Positions 49,551-59,062 of a stretch of DNA of 64,000 bases are shown here, piece by piece. The DNA is taken from positions 96,001-160,000 of the forward strand of contig CAVUMN010000002.1 of NCBI GenBank assembly GCA_963742735.1. Reading direction: 5' to 3'. The position numbers were made by a program, and so were the translations under genes. This stretch comes from an uncultured Actinomycetes bacterium. GTDB lineage: Bacteria > Actinomycetota > UBA4738 > JBBDTT01. The notes beneath the pieces were generated by a model. The model saw only the letters and a list, made by a program, of their open reading frames with translations. It was not told the origin of the DNA and did not search any database. Each line of letters opens with the position of its first letter. The stretch's first letter is position 1.

Positions 49551-50399
49551 TTAGCTCGAGGCTCTGACACCGCCGCCGCGGAGACCCCGTGCACGGCCCG
49601 ATCCGTCTGCGGCCCGCCTCCGGCGACGTCCCCGGCCACCCTCGGCCACAGATCCGTCCTCCGCGGGTTCCACCGGCTCCGGCGAACCCGACAGGATCCG
49701 GTCGAGGGCCTCGTCCATGGGCCGGTCTTCGGAGCGCAGGAACGTCCGCAGCCAGGCCATCGCAGCCTCGAGCTGACGGAACGTCCTGGCCACCCGGGCC
49801 CGGATGTCCCGGTTCAGCTGCAGGCCGGCCATACGGCCCAGGATTCCGCTCAGGCGGTGCTGGACGTCGGCGAGCTCACGCGCCAACGACTCCTGCTGCC
49901 GCCGCCCGTGCAGCCCCTCCAACGGGCCGGGCGCCTCACGGGCCCCCCGGGCGCGGAGCTCCCGCTCGACCGCCGAACGGACGCGAGGATCGTCCAGCAC
50001 CTCCCGGACCCCGTCCCGGCTCCGCAGCATCGCCCGCGCGGTTTCCAGCCGGTCCCGGTCGCGACCCCGGCGATGGATCGCCCCCACGCCGCGACCCTCA
50101 CCGTCCGCCTTGCGCTCCAACCGAGTGGCCCGTTCCTTCGAGACGCTCGCCATCGTGTAGTACTCGTTGAACCTCCGCGTGCGCTCGGACGCGGGAAGCC
50201 CGCCGTACCGCTCCCAGACCTTCTTGAGCTGTGAGGCGTGGGACCGGCTGATGCCCAGCCGCTCCGCCCACCTCGTGAGGTCTCCGCGCTCGCCGTCGTG
50301 CCAGACGTCGTACGCGAGCTGCGCGAGCTCCCACTGGGTCTGCTCCGAATGCGTGAGGAGCGCTCGGCCCCTGGCCACCGCGGCCTCCAGATCCAACAT
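49551..50399 (-). CDS. Hypothetical helical, Arg-rich protein with HTH-like segment
   Basis: AGGAGG SD; LTRWAERLGISRSHASQLKKV. Confidence 0.65.
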   Translation of the reverse strand: MLDLEAAVARGRALLTHSEQTQWELAQLAYDVWHDGERGDLTRWAERLGISRSHASQLKKVWERYGGLPASERTRRFNEYYTMASVSKERATRLERKADGEGRGVGAIHRRGRDRDRLETARAMLRSRDGVREVLDDPRVRSAVERELRARGAREAPGPLEGLHGRRQQESLARELADVQHRLSGILGRMAGLQLNRDIRARVARTFRQLEAAMAWLRTFLRSEDRPMDEALDRILSGSPEPVEPAEDGSVAEGGRGRRRRRAADGSGRARGLRGGGVRASS

Positions 50400-50761
50400 G
50401 CGGGCACCTCCTGTCAGGACGCCGGAGGCCCGCCTCCCGGTCGGCTGGGCCGGCCCCCGGAACGAGGCAAGCATTCTGCGCCCACCCGGACGCGGAATTC
50501 AAGGGGAAACAACTCAAGCCGAATCGGTATCGCGTATCTGCTATGTCGACGGTTGGGTGCCGGCCTCCGTCGCTTCACACGGTGCCCTTGACCATCGCCG
50601 AGAGGCAGGCTCCGCGCCGAACCCGGAGCGACGTCCGGCGAGCGAACCAACCGGGATCGCCGCGGCCGACGATCCCGTCCACCGCCCGATCCGGGCCGAA
50701 ATAGCGGATCCGCTATGCACGCGGGTGAGGCCCACCCGAGCCGGCGCCTACGCTCCCACCG

Positions 50762-51223
50762 GTGACTGAGACCCTGGACGCGCTGCGGGCGAAGTTCGAC
50801 GAGACCTTCGAGCAATGGGGCGTGACCCTCCCCGAAGACGACGTCGCCGAGCGCCGGTCCGGCTACCTGAAGCAGCAGGGCGGCTCCGGATCCGTCAGGT
50901 ACGTCTTCGGCAGCGACGACCGAGGCGAGTACCTGGAGTACTACGCCTTCCACCGCATCTGGGGCGACCACCACGCGCGGATCTACGAGTCCGGCGAGGT
51001 CGAGGCCCTGGAGGTCCTGCAGACGGGATACCCGATCGATCCGGATGATCCGGAGGTCGCCGCCCGGAACGAGCGGGAGATGATCGAGAGGAACCGGAAG
51101 CTGCTCGAAGAGCTCGAGACGGCGGGCCTCATGTCCGGAGGCCCCGTGCCAATGTCCTTCACGATCAACGCGACGCTGGTGTCGAACCCGGAGCTGGAGA
51201 AAGGAGGGAAGGAGGAGTCATGA
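50762..51223 (+). CDS. Hypothetical protein
   Basis: Host-like codon usage; GTG 7 nt after TACGCT; ATGA-coupled to next gene. Confidence 0.7.
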   Translation: MTETLDALRAKFDETFEQWGVTLPEDDVAERRSGYLKQQGGSGSVRYVFGSDDRGEYLEYYAFHRIWGDHHARIYESGEVEALEVLQTGYPIDPDDPEVAARNEREMIERNRKLLEELETAGLMSGGPVPMSFTINATLVSNPELEKGGKEES

Positions 51224-51765
51224 GTGGCGTCCCGATGAACCAACGCCCCCGGCTCCTCATCGACGTCGACGGCGTCATCAACGCCTTCGGCCGGCCGAAG
51301 CGCTCGCGGCGAACGATCGTCGGCCCGTACGAGATCGCGGTGCCGAGCGGAACGATCGGGAGGCTGCGGAGGATGATCAAGCCCTTCGACCCGATCTGGG
51401 CCACGACCTGGGCACAGCACGCACCGGTGTACATCAGCCCCCTGATCGGCGGCATCGGCGCCGACTGGGACTTCATCGAGTTCCCCTACCTCGGCCTCGA
51501 CCCGAGAGTGAAGCGAACCTGGAAGCTGGAAGGCCTCCTGGCCTGGGCCGAACGCGAGGAGAACGAGTCCCGCCCGCTGGTCTGGGTCGACGACGACCTC
51601 GACGAAGACGCCTTCGAATGGGCCGCCGCTCGAGTCGTCGCCGGCATCCCGACCGCGCTGGTCAAGACCGACGGCCTAGTGGGACTCTCAGAAGCCAACG
51701 TGGTCGAAGCTCTCGCTTTCGCGACGTCTTTGGAACGAGGCGACACCGTCTCTCGCCAAGCCTAA
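51220..51765 (+). CDS. HAD-domain protein (HAD_SAK-like)
   Basis: LIDVDGVIN, WATTW, WK, VWVDDD, GL. Confidence 0.8.
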   Translation: MSGVPMNQRPRLLIDVDGVINAFGRPKRSRRTIVGPYEIAVPSGTIGRLRRMIKPFDPIWATTWAQHAPVYISPLIGGIGADWDFIEFPYLGLDPRVKRTWKLEGLLAWAEREENESRPLVWVDDDLDEDAFEWAAARVVAGIPTALVKTDGLVGLSEANVVEALAFATSLERGDTVSRQA

Positions 51766-51767
51766 AG

Positions 51768-51982
51768 GCTCGACTTCATGTGAGCCAGATCGGCGTGCCT
51801 GTGACCAGGCGGTCGGCGTCCAGTTCATGGCCTGGATGCCGGCCGGTCGTCGCCGGCCCGCCCCTCCTCGGTCGGGTCCTTGACCATCCCGAACGCGATC
51901 TCGTGATCCAGGACCTGCAGGAGCTCGAGGTCGACCCCCGGGGGATGCCATGATCCCCGCCGACCGCACCGAATGTGCGACG
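51768..51982 (-). pseudogene. Degenerate internal fragment of the flavodoxin-like gene
   Basis: Colinear with 48531-48760, 32-nt exact match (51883-51914 = 48652-48683), several indels. Confidence 0.85.
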
Positions 51983-51984
51983 GG

Positions 51985-52431
51985 CTATGCCTCGTTGAAG
52001 AAAGCTCCCCCGAACCGCGGCCGAAGCTGATTGGCCAAATTGTCCGCGGTAACGGCGACATAGTCCACCGCGACCTCGAGCTCGTCGTCGTCGAGGGTAT
52101 CTCCGAGTAGCGAGTAGCCGAACGACAGGAGAGGCCTCTCTCCCTCGACCGCTAGTGCGAGTGCACCGAAGGCGAAGTCTGTGTTCGACTGCATGGCAAC
52201 GTAGCGGATCAACTCGTCTGTGATGGGCAGGTCTCGAAGGATCGGCGCGAAGACTTGGACTCGGGTGTACTGCTGGTCGAATACCTCGTCGACAAGTACG
52301 AACAGCCAGGTCGTCTCAACCATGGTCGGAACCGCGAGGCCCCCCTCGTCCGTCCAAAACGTCGACGGATACCGGCTCTGGAGCCGGTCGTGGATTCGCG
52401 CAAGAACGTCTCGTGCAGAACTCACCCTCAC
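51985..52431 (-). CDS. YbjN / T3SS-chaperone-like protein
   Basis: VQVFAPILRDLP..DEL..YVA..N..F.FG, LLGDTLDDDEL...ADNLANQL..RFGG. Confidence 0.7.
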   Translation of the reverse strand: MRVSSARDVLARIHDRLQSRYPSTFWTDEGGLAVPTMVETTWLFVLVDEVFDQQYTRVQVFAPILRDLPITDELIRYVAMQSNTDFAFGALALAVEGERPLLSFGYSLLGDTLDDDELEVAVDYVAVTADNLANQLRPRFGGAFFNEA

Positions 52432-52458
52432 CCACCAGGTCTGCGGCCTAGCCAGCGC

Positions 52459-52608
52459 TCAGGTCCACCCTTTGCCCCCACACGTGGTGCACTTGCCGTT
52501 CCCTCCGCATCGGCTGCAAGAGAATGTACTGGGCCATTGATGAATCCTTCCAGTACCTCCGCACTTCTTGCAGTCCCCTGATGCGCCACAGCTGCCGCAC
52601 TTGGCCAA
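52459..52608 (-). CDS. 49-aa DnaJ-type zinc-finger microprotein (not in ORF track)
   Basis: TTG start after GAGGA; MAKCGSCGASGDCKKCGGTGRIHQWPSTFSCSRCGGNGKCTTCGGKGWT. Confidence 0.8.
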   Translation of the reverse strand: MAKCGSCGASGDCKKCGGTGRIHQWPSTFSCSRCGGNGKCTTCGGKGWT

Positions 52609-52683
52609 ATCGGGTTCCTCTCGTTACATCCGTCGGAGTCGAGGCTACGTCCTGTCGCAGGTTCTGGTCAACGAAGGTACGGT

Positions 52684-53388
52684 ATGCCCACCAACGGGCG
52701 CGGCGGTGGGGACCTTGCGTTCGAGCCCGGCGCTGGACATGCTTCAGGTGTGAACGAGGCAGGCGGATCCGCCCAGCGCCGCTACGAGCGGGAACGGGAA
52801 AAGCTCGACGCGTCGTTGCCGGCAAGCCGCTTCTGGCGATCCGTAACGAAACTCGGCTCGGACTATGAACGCCGCCTCAGATACGCAGAGGCCTGGGGAA
52901 AAGGCGCCGAGGGGGAGCGACGGACGGCGGAAGCGCTCCGACCACTCGAGGCCGAAGGCTGGATCCTTCTAAACGACCTCCCGCTTCCAGAGCGGAAGCG
53001 CGCGAACATCGACCACGTCCTCATCGGACCACCCGGCGTCTTCGTGATCGAGACCAAGAATTACAAGGGCCGCGGCCGCGTCGAGCGCTCACGGCTCGTC
53101 ATCAACGGGCGTGATCGCAAGCGAGATCTCGAGGAAGTCTGGCACGAGGCCGGAGCGGTTCAGTTTCTGTTGCGGGTTCAGCTTGCCAATGTCGGCCTGG
53201 ACGTCCGAGCCGTGCTCTGCATCCACAACTCCAGCCTCGAGGGAGGCTGGTTTCGTGAGCCCGAGATCGATCAGGTCCGGATCGCTTCACCCAAGAGGCT
53301 TGTGGCGTGGGTTCGATCTCAGCCGGCGAGGCTCAGTTCCGCCGACGTCCAGTCTCTCGCAGAGACACTCGCGATAGCCCTCCGCTGA
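52684..53388 (+). CDS. NERD nuclease-related domain protein
   Basis: GAEGE..TAEAL, NIDHVLIGPPGVFVIETKNYKG. Confidence 0.88.
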   Translation: MPTNGRGGGDLAFEPGAGHASGVNEAGGSAQRRYEREREKLDASLPASRFWRSVTKLGSDYERRLRYAEAWGKGAEGERRTAEALRPLEAEGWILLNDLPLPERKRANIDHVLIGPPGVFVIETKNYKGRGRVERSRLVINGRDRKRDLEEVWHEAGAVQFLLRVQLANVGLDVRAVLCIHNSSLEGGWFREPEIDQVRIASPKRLVAWVRSQPARLSSADVQSLAETLAIALR

Positions 53389-53404
53389 AGATCATGTCTT
53401 GGAA

Positions 53405-53840
53405 TCAGGAGACGTACGCCCTCCGGACCAAGGCGGGCGTCCAGGCACTGTGGCCATGTGGGCGGGCCACCTTTGTGTTCCTGTTGAGCGACTCCGCGAT
53501 CTCGTCAAGAGATTTGTGACTCTCGAGGAGCGTTCTGATCCGACTACGCCAGCCCCAGTCGCTTCTGTTACACATGACGTGGGCCAATCGGGCGTTGCCC
53601 GGGGTTCGCTTCCCCGGCCATCTCGGGGACTGGATAATGGTCGAGGTTGGGTTCCCAGTCACCCTCGTTCGGGGTTCGTTCGTCGAAGTGCCGACGGCCT
53701 TTTGGGCAGTAGCACTGCGGCATCTCGCATGCGAACTCCAGCAGCTGGCCCCACTCGGCCATCTGCACGAGTACGCCGTGCAACCCCTTCGCGCGCATGG
53801 CGCCTGCCAGATCTGATGGCGACGCCGATTTCTCAGGCAT
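53405..53840 (-). pseudogene. Frameshifted HNH-like protein with recombinase-type HTH tail
   Basis: CEMPQCYC...LDHYP in one frame; NARLAHVMCN...SLDEIAESLN...WT in the next; shift at the run 53612-53615. Confidence 0.65.
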
Positions 53841-53881
53841 CAGTCCTCCTCTTCAGCAAGGTGGGCGAGCTGTAACCCTTT

Positions 53882-56170
53882 CTAGTCGATCGGCCCTTGG
53901 GCCACCCGCGCCAGGACGCCTTGCTTGAAGAGCTCCAGGTCAGATTCGTCGTGGATGTTGCCCGCGACACGCGTGGTTCTGAAGCGCGCGCTGGATGGGT
54001 CGCTCAGTTCCTCGAGAGTCGAGTCCGCTGGGTGGCGCCCTATGAGCCAGAAGTGAACCCATTTCTTGGCGAAGTAGTAACCGCCCAGCCAGCGTTTGCC
54101 GGCGTAGAAGGAATGATGCGACCGAGCGTTGTGAATGACCTCGAGACCGGCTTCCATCAGCCACTCCTCGATACCGTCCACAGCATCCCGAACGAATTCG
54201 GTGGCCGCATAAGCTCTCAGCGCCACGTGCGAAGTTGGCGGAGTCGAGTTGCTAGAGAGCCCCTCCTCCGCTTCTCCGACCTCTTCCTCCGCCTCGGGGG
54301 GCGCCTGGAAGCTCAGCCCGTCCACACCGAGAGAATTCCAGAAGGGATCGGTTGGCCCAGGCCACAGCGACAGGAAACGGGCCGCAAGTTGCTGCCCGCG
54401 CTCGAGGATCGTCGACTCGTTCCACGATCCCGCGTACTCGTTCACTAGATCCTTGTTGAGGAACAGGACTGTGTGATCGCCCAAGGTCTCGCGCTTCTGG
54501 ACCCAAGCCGCGTTCGACAGAGTTGGATTGAGCTTGTGCGTGACCAGCGTCAGGTTGCCGAGTGAGTGCTTCAGGTTGTCGCGATTAGCGGTCGCCTCGA
54601 CGACGTTGACATCTGCTGGCAACGGCCAGTGCGGCTCCCAGCTCTGAGGGAGCACGTGCTCGATAGTGAGGACCCGCGGGACATGCGCTTCCTCGCTCTT
54701 GCCAGGGGAGCGAAGCGAGTCCTCGAGTGCCTCGAGGATCATGCGGAGCCGGCCTCTGCTCACCACCTTGTAGATGGGCAACGACAGCAGCGCGTCACGA
54801 ACCTGCTCGTCGGAGGGCCAGACCTGACTCTCTCCTTCGAGCCGGGCGAGAAACTCCACTGTCACATCGCCGGCGCGTGCCGGGTCCTTTGCGACCTCGC
54901 CGAGCAGCGAGAGGAATACCACGTTGTAGTTCTTTGTCGTCATCCGGCAGACGATTCGCCTGATGAGCCAACTCTCGACCGCCCGGGTGAGCCGCGTTCG
55001 CTGTTCTCCGGAGACCTCAGCCTCGGGATGTCCGAGAACGAACAGCAAGAGAGGGTTCGCCGTCGCGGTCTCGGTCATGCGAAGCCGGTAGAAGAAGGTC
55101 TCTTCCGGGCTGCCCGGTGGATGGAGATCGAATCCGCGGTACGTCTTCGCATGGTGGTCGATGTCCTTGAGGATGCCCTCCGGATCGTTAGTCTCGGCTG
55201 CGAACCGGCGGAACTGGGGGAAGAGCTCGTGCAGGCCGAGCTCCCGACCCCGGCGCATGGTGAGCCAGTGGAAGAAGAAGACGTCCAGCCGCGGCCGCGT
55301 AAGGCGACCCTGCGCGATCGACTCCCTCCACCAGTCAGTGTCGAGCGACCTCCAGTGTGACTCATAGAGGTCACCCATCGGCAGGCGACGCTCCGAGGCC
55401 AATCTAAAGAGCGAGTTCTTGATGAGGTCTGAAGCCAGGAGGGGTGTGCCCCGCGCGTTCAGCGTCTCGAAGATGACCTGCGCGTTGTCGTTCGGCTCGA
55501 GGTCGATTACTACCAGGCGCAGAAGCTGCCATAGGACTATGCGAAGAGCGTCCAGTCGTTCCGTCACGGAAGTATCGGGTGATTCGCTGAGCCACTCTCG
55601 GATCGCGGAGGCAAAGTATGTGTGTGCTTGGAAGATCGACGACTGGGAGAGATTCGCCAGATCGTCGCTTCCCCGCTCCTCCTTCTTCATCGTGGTGCCG
55701 AAGACGGCCTGATCGATGTTCGTTGGCCACACCTTGAAGCGATCGATGGAGCTGCGGATCAGGTCGGGGTCGTTGTCCGTCAATTTCCCAAACAGCTTCG
55801 TGCTCCCATCACCGGCTTCGGCGGCCACATCGGCTGCCGCGTCAAGGAAGAGTTGCAGCGTCGTTAGGCGTTGCTGCCCGTCGATGATGTTGCGCTGCTC
55901 GATCATGCCGGCCCCAAAGGGGAGTTGCTCGACCACGATTGCGCCGAGGAAGTGGGAAGGCGTTAGCGCCTCCGGCGTACCCTGGCTGGTGTCCTCCTCC
56001 GAAGCGACCGACCGTGCTGTGATCAGATTCTCGGCAACGGTCCGCAAGTCGTCCCATAGGGGTTCCCAGTGTTCCTCGCGGTTCCAGACGTAAGGACGCT
56101 GAAACAAAGGGACGATGTATGTCACCGGTTTGTTGAAGAGATTGGTGAGCGTCAGCGTGTCGGCTTTCAT
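53882..56170 (-). CDS. GmrSD-family (DUF262 + DUF1524) modification-dependent restriction enzyme with extra C-terminal domain
   Basis: PLFQRPYVW, IDGQQRLTT, IFETLNARG, TIEHVLPQ, LGNLTL..N. Confidence 0.92.
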   Translation of the reverse strand: MKADTLTLTNLFNKPVTYIVPLFQRPYVWNREEHWEPLWDDLRTVAENLITARSVASEEDTSQGTPEALTPSHFLGAIVVEQLPFGAGMIEQRNIIDGQQRLTTLQLFLDAAADVAAEAGDGSTKLFGKLTDNDPDLIRSSIDRFKVWPTNIDQAVFGTTMKKEERGSDDLANLSQSSIFQAHTYFASAIREWLSESPDTSVTERLDALRIVLWQLLRLVVIDLEPNDNAQVIFETLNARGTPLLASDLIKNSLFRLASERRLPMGDLYESHWRSLDTDWWRESIAQGRLTRPRLDVFFFHWLTMRRGRELGLHELFPQFRRFAAETNDPEGILKDIDHHAKTYRGFDLHPPGSPEETFFYRLRMTETATANPLLLFVLGHPEAEVSGEQRTRLTRAVESWLIRRIVCRMTTKNYNVVFLSLLGEVAKDPARAGDVTVEFLARLEGESQVWPSDEQVRDALLSLPIYKVVSRGRLRMILEALEDSLRSPGKSEEAHVPRVLTIEHVLPQSWEPHWPLPADVNVVEATANRDNLKHSLGNLTLVTHKLNPTLSNAAWVQKRETLGDHTVLFLNKDLVNEYAGSWNESTILERGQQLAARFLSLWPGPTDPFWNSLGVDGLSFQAPPEAEEEVGEAEEGLSSNSTPPTSHVALRAYAATEFVRDAVDGIEEWLMEAGLEVIHNARSHHSFYAGKRWLGGYYFAKKWVHFWLIGRHPADSTLEELSDPSSARFRTTRVAGNIHDESDLELFKQGVLARVAQGPID

Positions 56171-56790
56171 CGGGCCTCCGATGGGCGACTGCATTTCCAA
56201 TCCCGCTACAGGTTAGGTCTACACCCTTTTCGACAACACCGCCCCTCGGAAGTCGGCCCCGCCGTCGTAACTGTCGCGTCGAACCGCCTCCCCCAGAGTC
56301 CCGACGAGATTCAGTGGGGGTATTGGGCGCCGGATGATCTCCCGGTGTTCCCGCCAATGGGTTGACAGATGACAAGGCTACGAATCGAGCGCGATTCGTC
56401 GTCCGAGGTGGGGACATTCCGACGGAGGACGGGTGAATGGCAGCGCCCTCGGGGTGGGGGGATGGGTACGCGGAGATGGACCCTACTCTTTCTCCACCAG
56501 GCGTAGAAGCCGTGTTCCGCCGAAAACCCGTGGGAAGTCTAGGACGGATTGCTAGGTCTCTCCGCCGAGCGCTTCGTAGTGATCCAAACAGCTTCCGGGC
56601 TCTCGGCAAGGCATGTCCTAGCCTCGAAGGGTGAACCGGAACGCCCGCTTGAATCCGTTCGGCTCCCCAGCTGAGCCAGGAATGCCGTCCATGGCTTCGG
56701 GGATGCGGTCACTCAGTCGCGCCATACTGTTACAGCTCGACGTCGCAAGTCGGTCGCCCCGCGATCGGGCGCACGCGGGGGAAGGGGGCC

Positions 56791-57508
56791 CTGATCAGCA
56801 CCGAGAACGCCGAAACGCCGACCCCGACCCAGCGATTCTCCCCATCACCGCGGGCAGATCAAGACGCGTGACCGGGTTCGCGAGTTGGCGGAGGTCTATA
56901 CACACGAGCGTGAGGTCAACGCGATGCTCGACCTCATCCCAGACATGTTCGCCCCTGGTGTTGCGGCCACCGATATTAAGTTCCTCGAACCCGCCTGCGG
57001 CTCGGGCAACTTCCTGGAGGAAGTCCTACGTCGCAAGCTACGCAATATCCGATTCAGAGCCGTCCGCTCCGTCGGCGCCTATGAACACCGCATCCTGCGG
57101 GCAGTCGCCTCCATCTACGGTATCGATATCTCCGCGGAAAACGTCGCGGAGGCACGGGACCGTCTTGTCTCCGCCGTCCGGACGCACTACTACAACGATG
57201 CCAACAGCATCGAACCGACTGCTGGGTTCGTCTCCGCTGTCCGTGCCGTCCTCGACACGAACATCCTCAACGCGGATTTTCTTGCCGACGCTGCCACAAT
57301 CGAGATCGTCGACTACCAACCGATTCGTGGCGGATACTTCAAGCGAGTCTGGTCGATGCTGGACGGGTCGGCTGTGGTAGCAATACAACCGAGCCTATTC
57401 CAGCAGGAATCCGGGCCCAAGCAGGACGAGACACCGATCAAGTACCTTGATCTCACAATAACTCCACGGCCCACTCGCAAGGATGGGTCGACGCGGAGGA
57501 GCGCTTGA
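56791..57508 (+). CDS. Short DNA methyltransferase-like subunit (5' frame broken near 56840-56855)
   Basis: QIKTRDRVRELAEVYT, FLEPACGSGNFL, YGIDI; no NPPY; true start uncertain (CTG 56791 or TTG 56885). Confidence 0.75.
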
Positions 57509-59058
57509 TGCCACAGGTGCTGGGCTTTTCGCACGTTCCCGACATCCTCGATTGCCTCGCTCAGCTGTCAAACGATGAGGTGCCCACGCCGCCCAGACTG
57601 GCACGGGCTATGCTCGACATCCTGCCCACCGAGGTGTGGTCCGACCCGAATCTCAAGTGGCTGGACCCATGCTCCAAGTCGGGAATCTTCCTCCGCGAGG
57701 TCGCCGCCCGACTGCTGGAAGGCCTTGGCGAGTGGGAGCCCGACTTCGAGAGGAGGCGGGACCATATCTTCCGCCAGATGCTATTTGGCACATCCATCAC
57801 GGAGATGACTGGCGTGATTTCTCGGCGCACCGTCTATTGCTCTCGCGACGCAGCGGGGGAACAAAGCGTCGTCGATGTCACCGACGAAGTGGGCAACCTG
57901 CCCTTCATTCCGGCGGAGCACGTCTTTCGGAAGGGCCCAACGACTACGTCGTGCGCCGTTTGCCGGGCACCGACTCAACTCGAGCGTGGCGACAGGCGGG
58001 AGAACTACGCCTATTCATTCATCCATGGGGCATATCCGACGAAGGAGATGAAGAACATGAGGTTCGACGTCGTGGTAGGCAACCCGCCTTACCAGATCGA
58101 CGATGGTGGCCACAACGCCAGCGCGACCCCGATCTACCACTTGTTTGTGCAGAAGGCCATCGAGCTGGACCCCAGATACGTCCTGATGATTACGCCGTCT
58201 CGCTGGTTTGCCGGCGGGAAGGGACTCGAGAAGTTCCGCAGAAGAATGCTCGCGGATAGACACCTTCGGACACTGGTCGACTACCCGAAGCTCTATGACG
58301 GATTTCCAGGTGTGAAGATTCGTGGAGGCGTCTCGTACTTTCTCTGGGATCGGCACCACGATGGCCCCTGCTCCGTGCAGACAATGTGGGATGGCGAACC
58401 ACTCGGACCACCTGTCGAGCGGTATCTGGACGTTTACGACGTGATCGTGCGAAGAAATGAAGCTGTATCCGTGTTGGAGAAGGTGCGCGCATTTGTGGCC
58501 GGAGGATCACCTGAACCGACACTCGAGAGCAAGGTATCCTCCATGAAGCCCTTTGGTCTTCGAACGTACTTCCACGGCGAAAACAGCCCGGCCGGAATGA
58601 CGGATCCCGTGAAACTCTTTGGGTCTCAGAAGGTGACCTGGTTGGAACGAGACGCCATTCCTCTGAATCAGCCTTGGATTAACGACTGGAAAGTGTTGGT
58701 CAGCCGGGTCCAGGGAACCAGTTCTGCTGTGGAGACGCAGTTCCTCGGGCAACCAATCGTCGCGGGTCCAGGTACTGCCTGCACCGAGACCTATCTCGTC
58801 GCTGGTCGGTTCCAATCAGAGGAGGAGGCGGAGAGATATGCGGCCTACCTGCGCACTCGATTCGTCCGCTTCCTTGTGTCGCTGAGGAAGTCGACACAAG
58901 ACGCGGCCCGCGGTGTCTACGCATTCATTCCCGATCTCCCAGTCGACCGAGTCTGGACCGACGAGATGCTCTACAAGCGATATCGGCTGACGAAGAGCGA
59001 GGTCAGCTTCATCGATTCCCAGGTGAGGGAGATGGCTGCGCCCGACCAGTCGGGTTAG
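57508..59058 (+). CDS. Eco57I-like N6-adenine DNA methyltransferase
   Basis: EVPTP, LDPCSKSG, FDVVVGNPPY, PSRWF, CTETYL. Confidence 0.9.
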   Translation: MPQVLGFSHVPDILDCLAQLSNDEVPTPPRLARAMLDILPTEVWSDPNLKWLDPCSKSGIFLREVAARLLEGLGEWEPDFERRRDHIFRQMLFGTSITEMTGVISRRTVYCSRDAAGEQSVVDVTDEVGNLPFIPAEHVFRKGPTTTSCAVCRAPTQLERGDRRENYAYSFIHGAYPTKEMKNMRFDVVVGNPPYQIDDGGHNASATPIYHLFVQKAIELDPRYVLMITPSRWFAGGKGLEKFRRRMLADRHLRTLVDYPKLYDGFPGVKIRGGVSYFLWDRHHDGPCSVQTMWDGEPLGPPVERYLDVYDVIVRRNEAVSVLEKVRAFVAGGSPEPTLESKVSSMKPFGLRTYFHGENSPAGMTDPVKLFGSQKVTWLERDAIPLNQPWINDWKVLVSRVQGTSSAVETQFLGQPIVAGPGTACTETYLVAGRFQSEEEAERYAAYLRTRFVRFLVSLRKSTQDAARGVYAFIPDLPVDRVWTDEMLYKRYRLTKSEVSFIDSQVREMAAPDQSG

Positions 59059-59062
59059 ATCC

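Noticed and set aside
52448-52825. 125-aa ORF from the track
   Set aside because: No recognisable features; an overlapping frame encodes the zinc-finger microprotein
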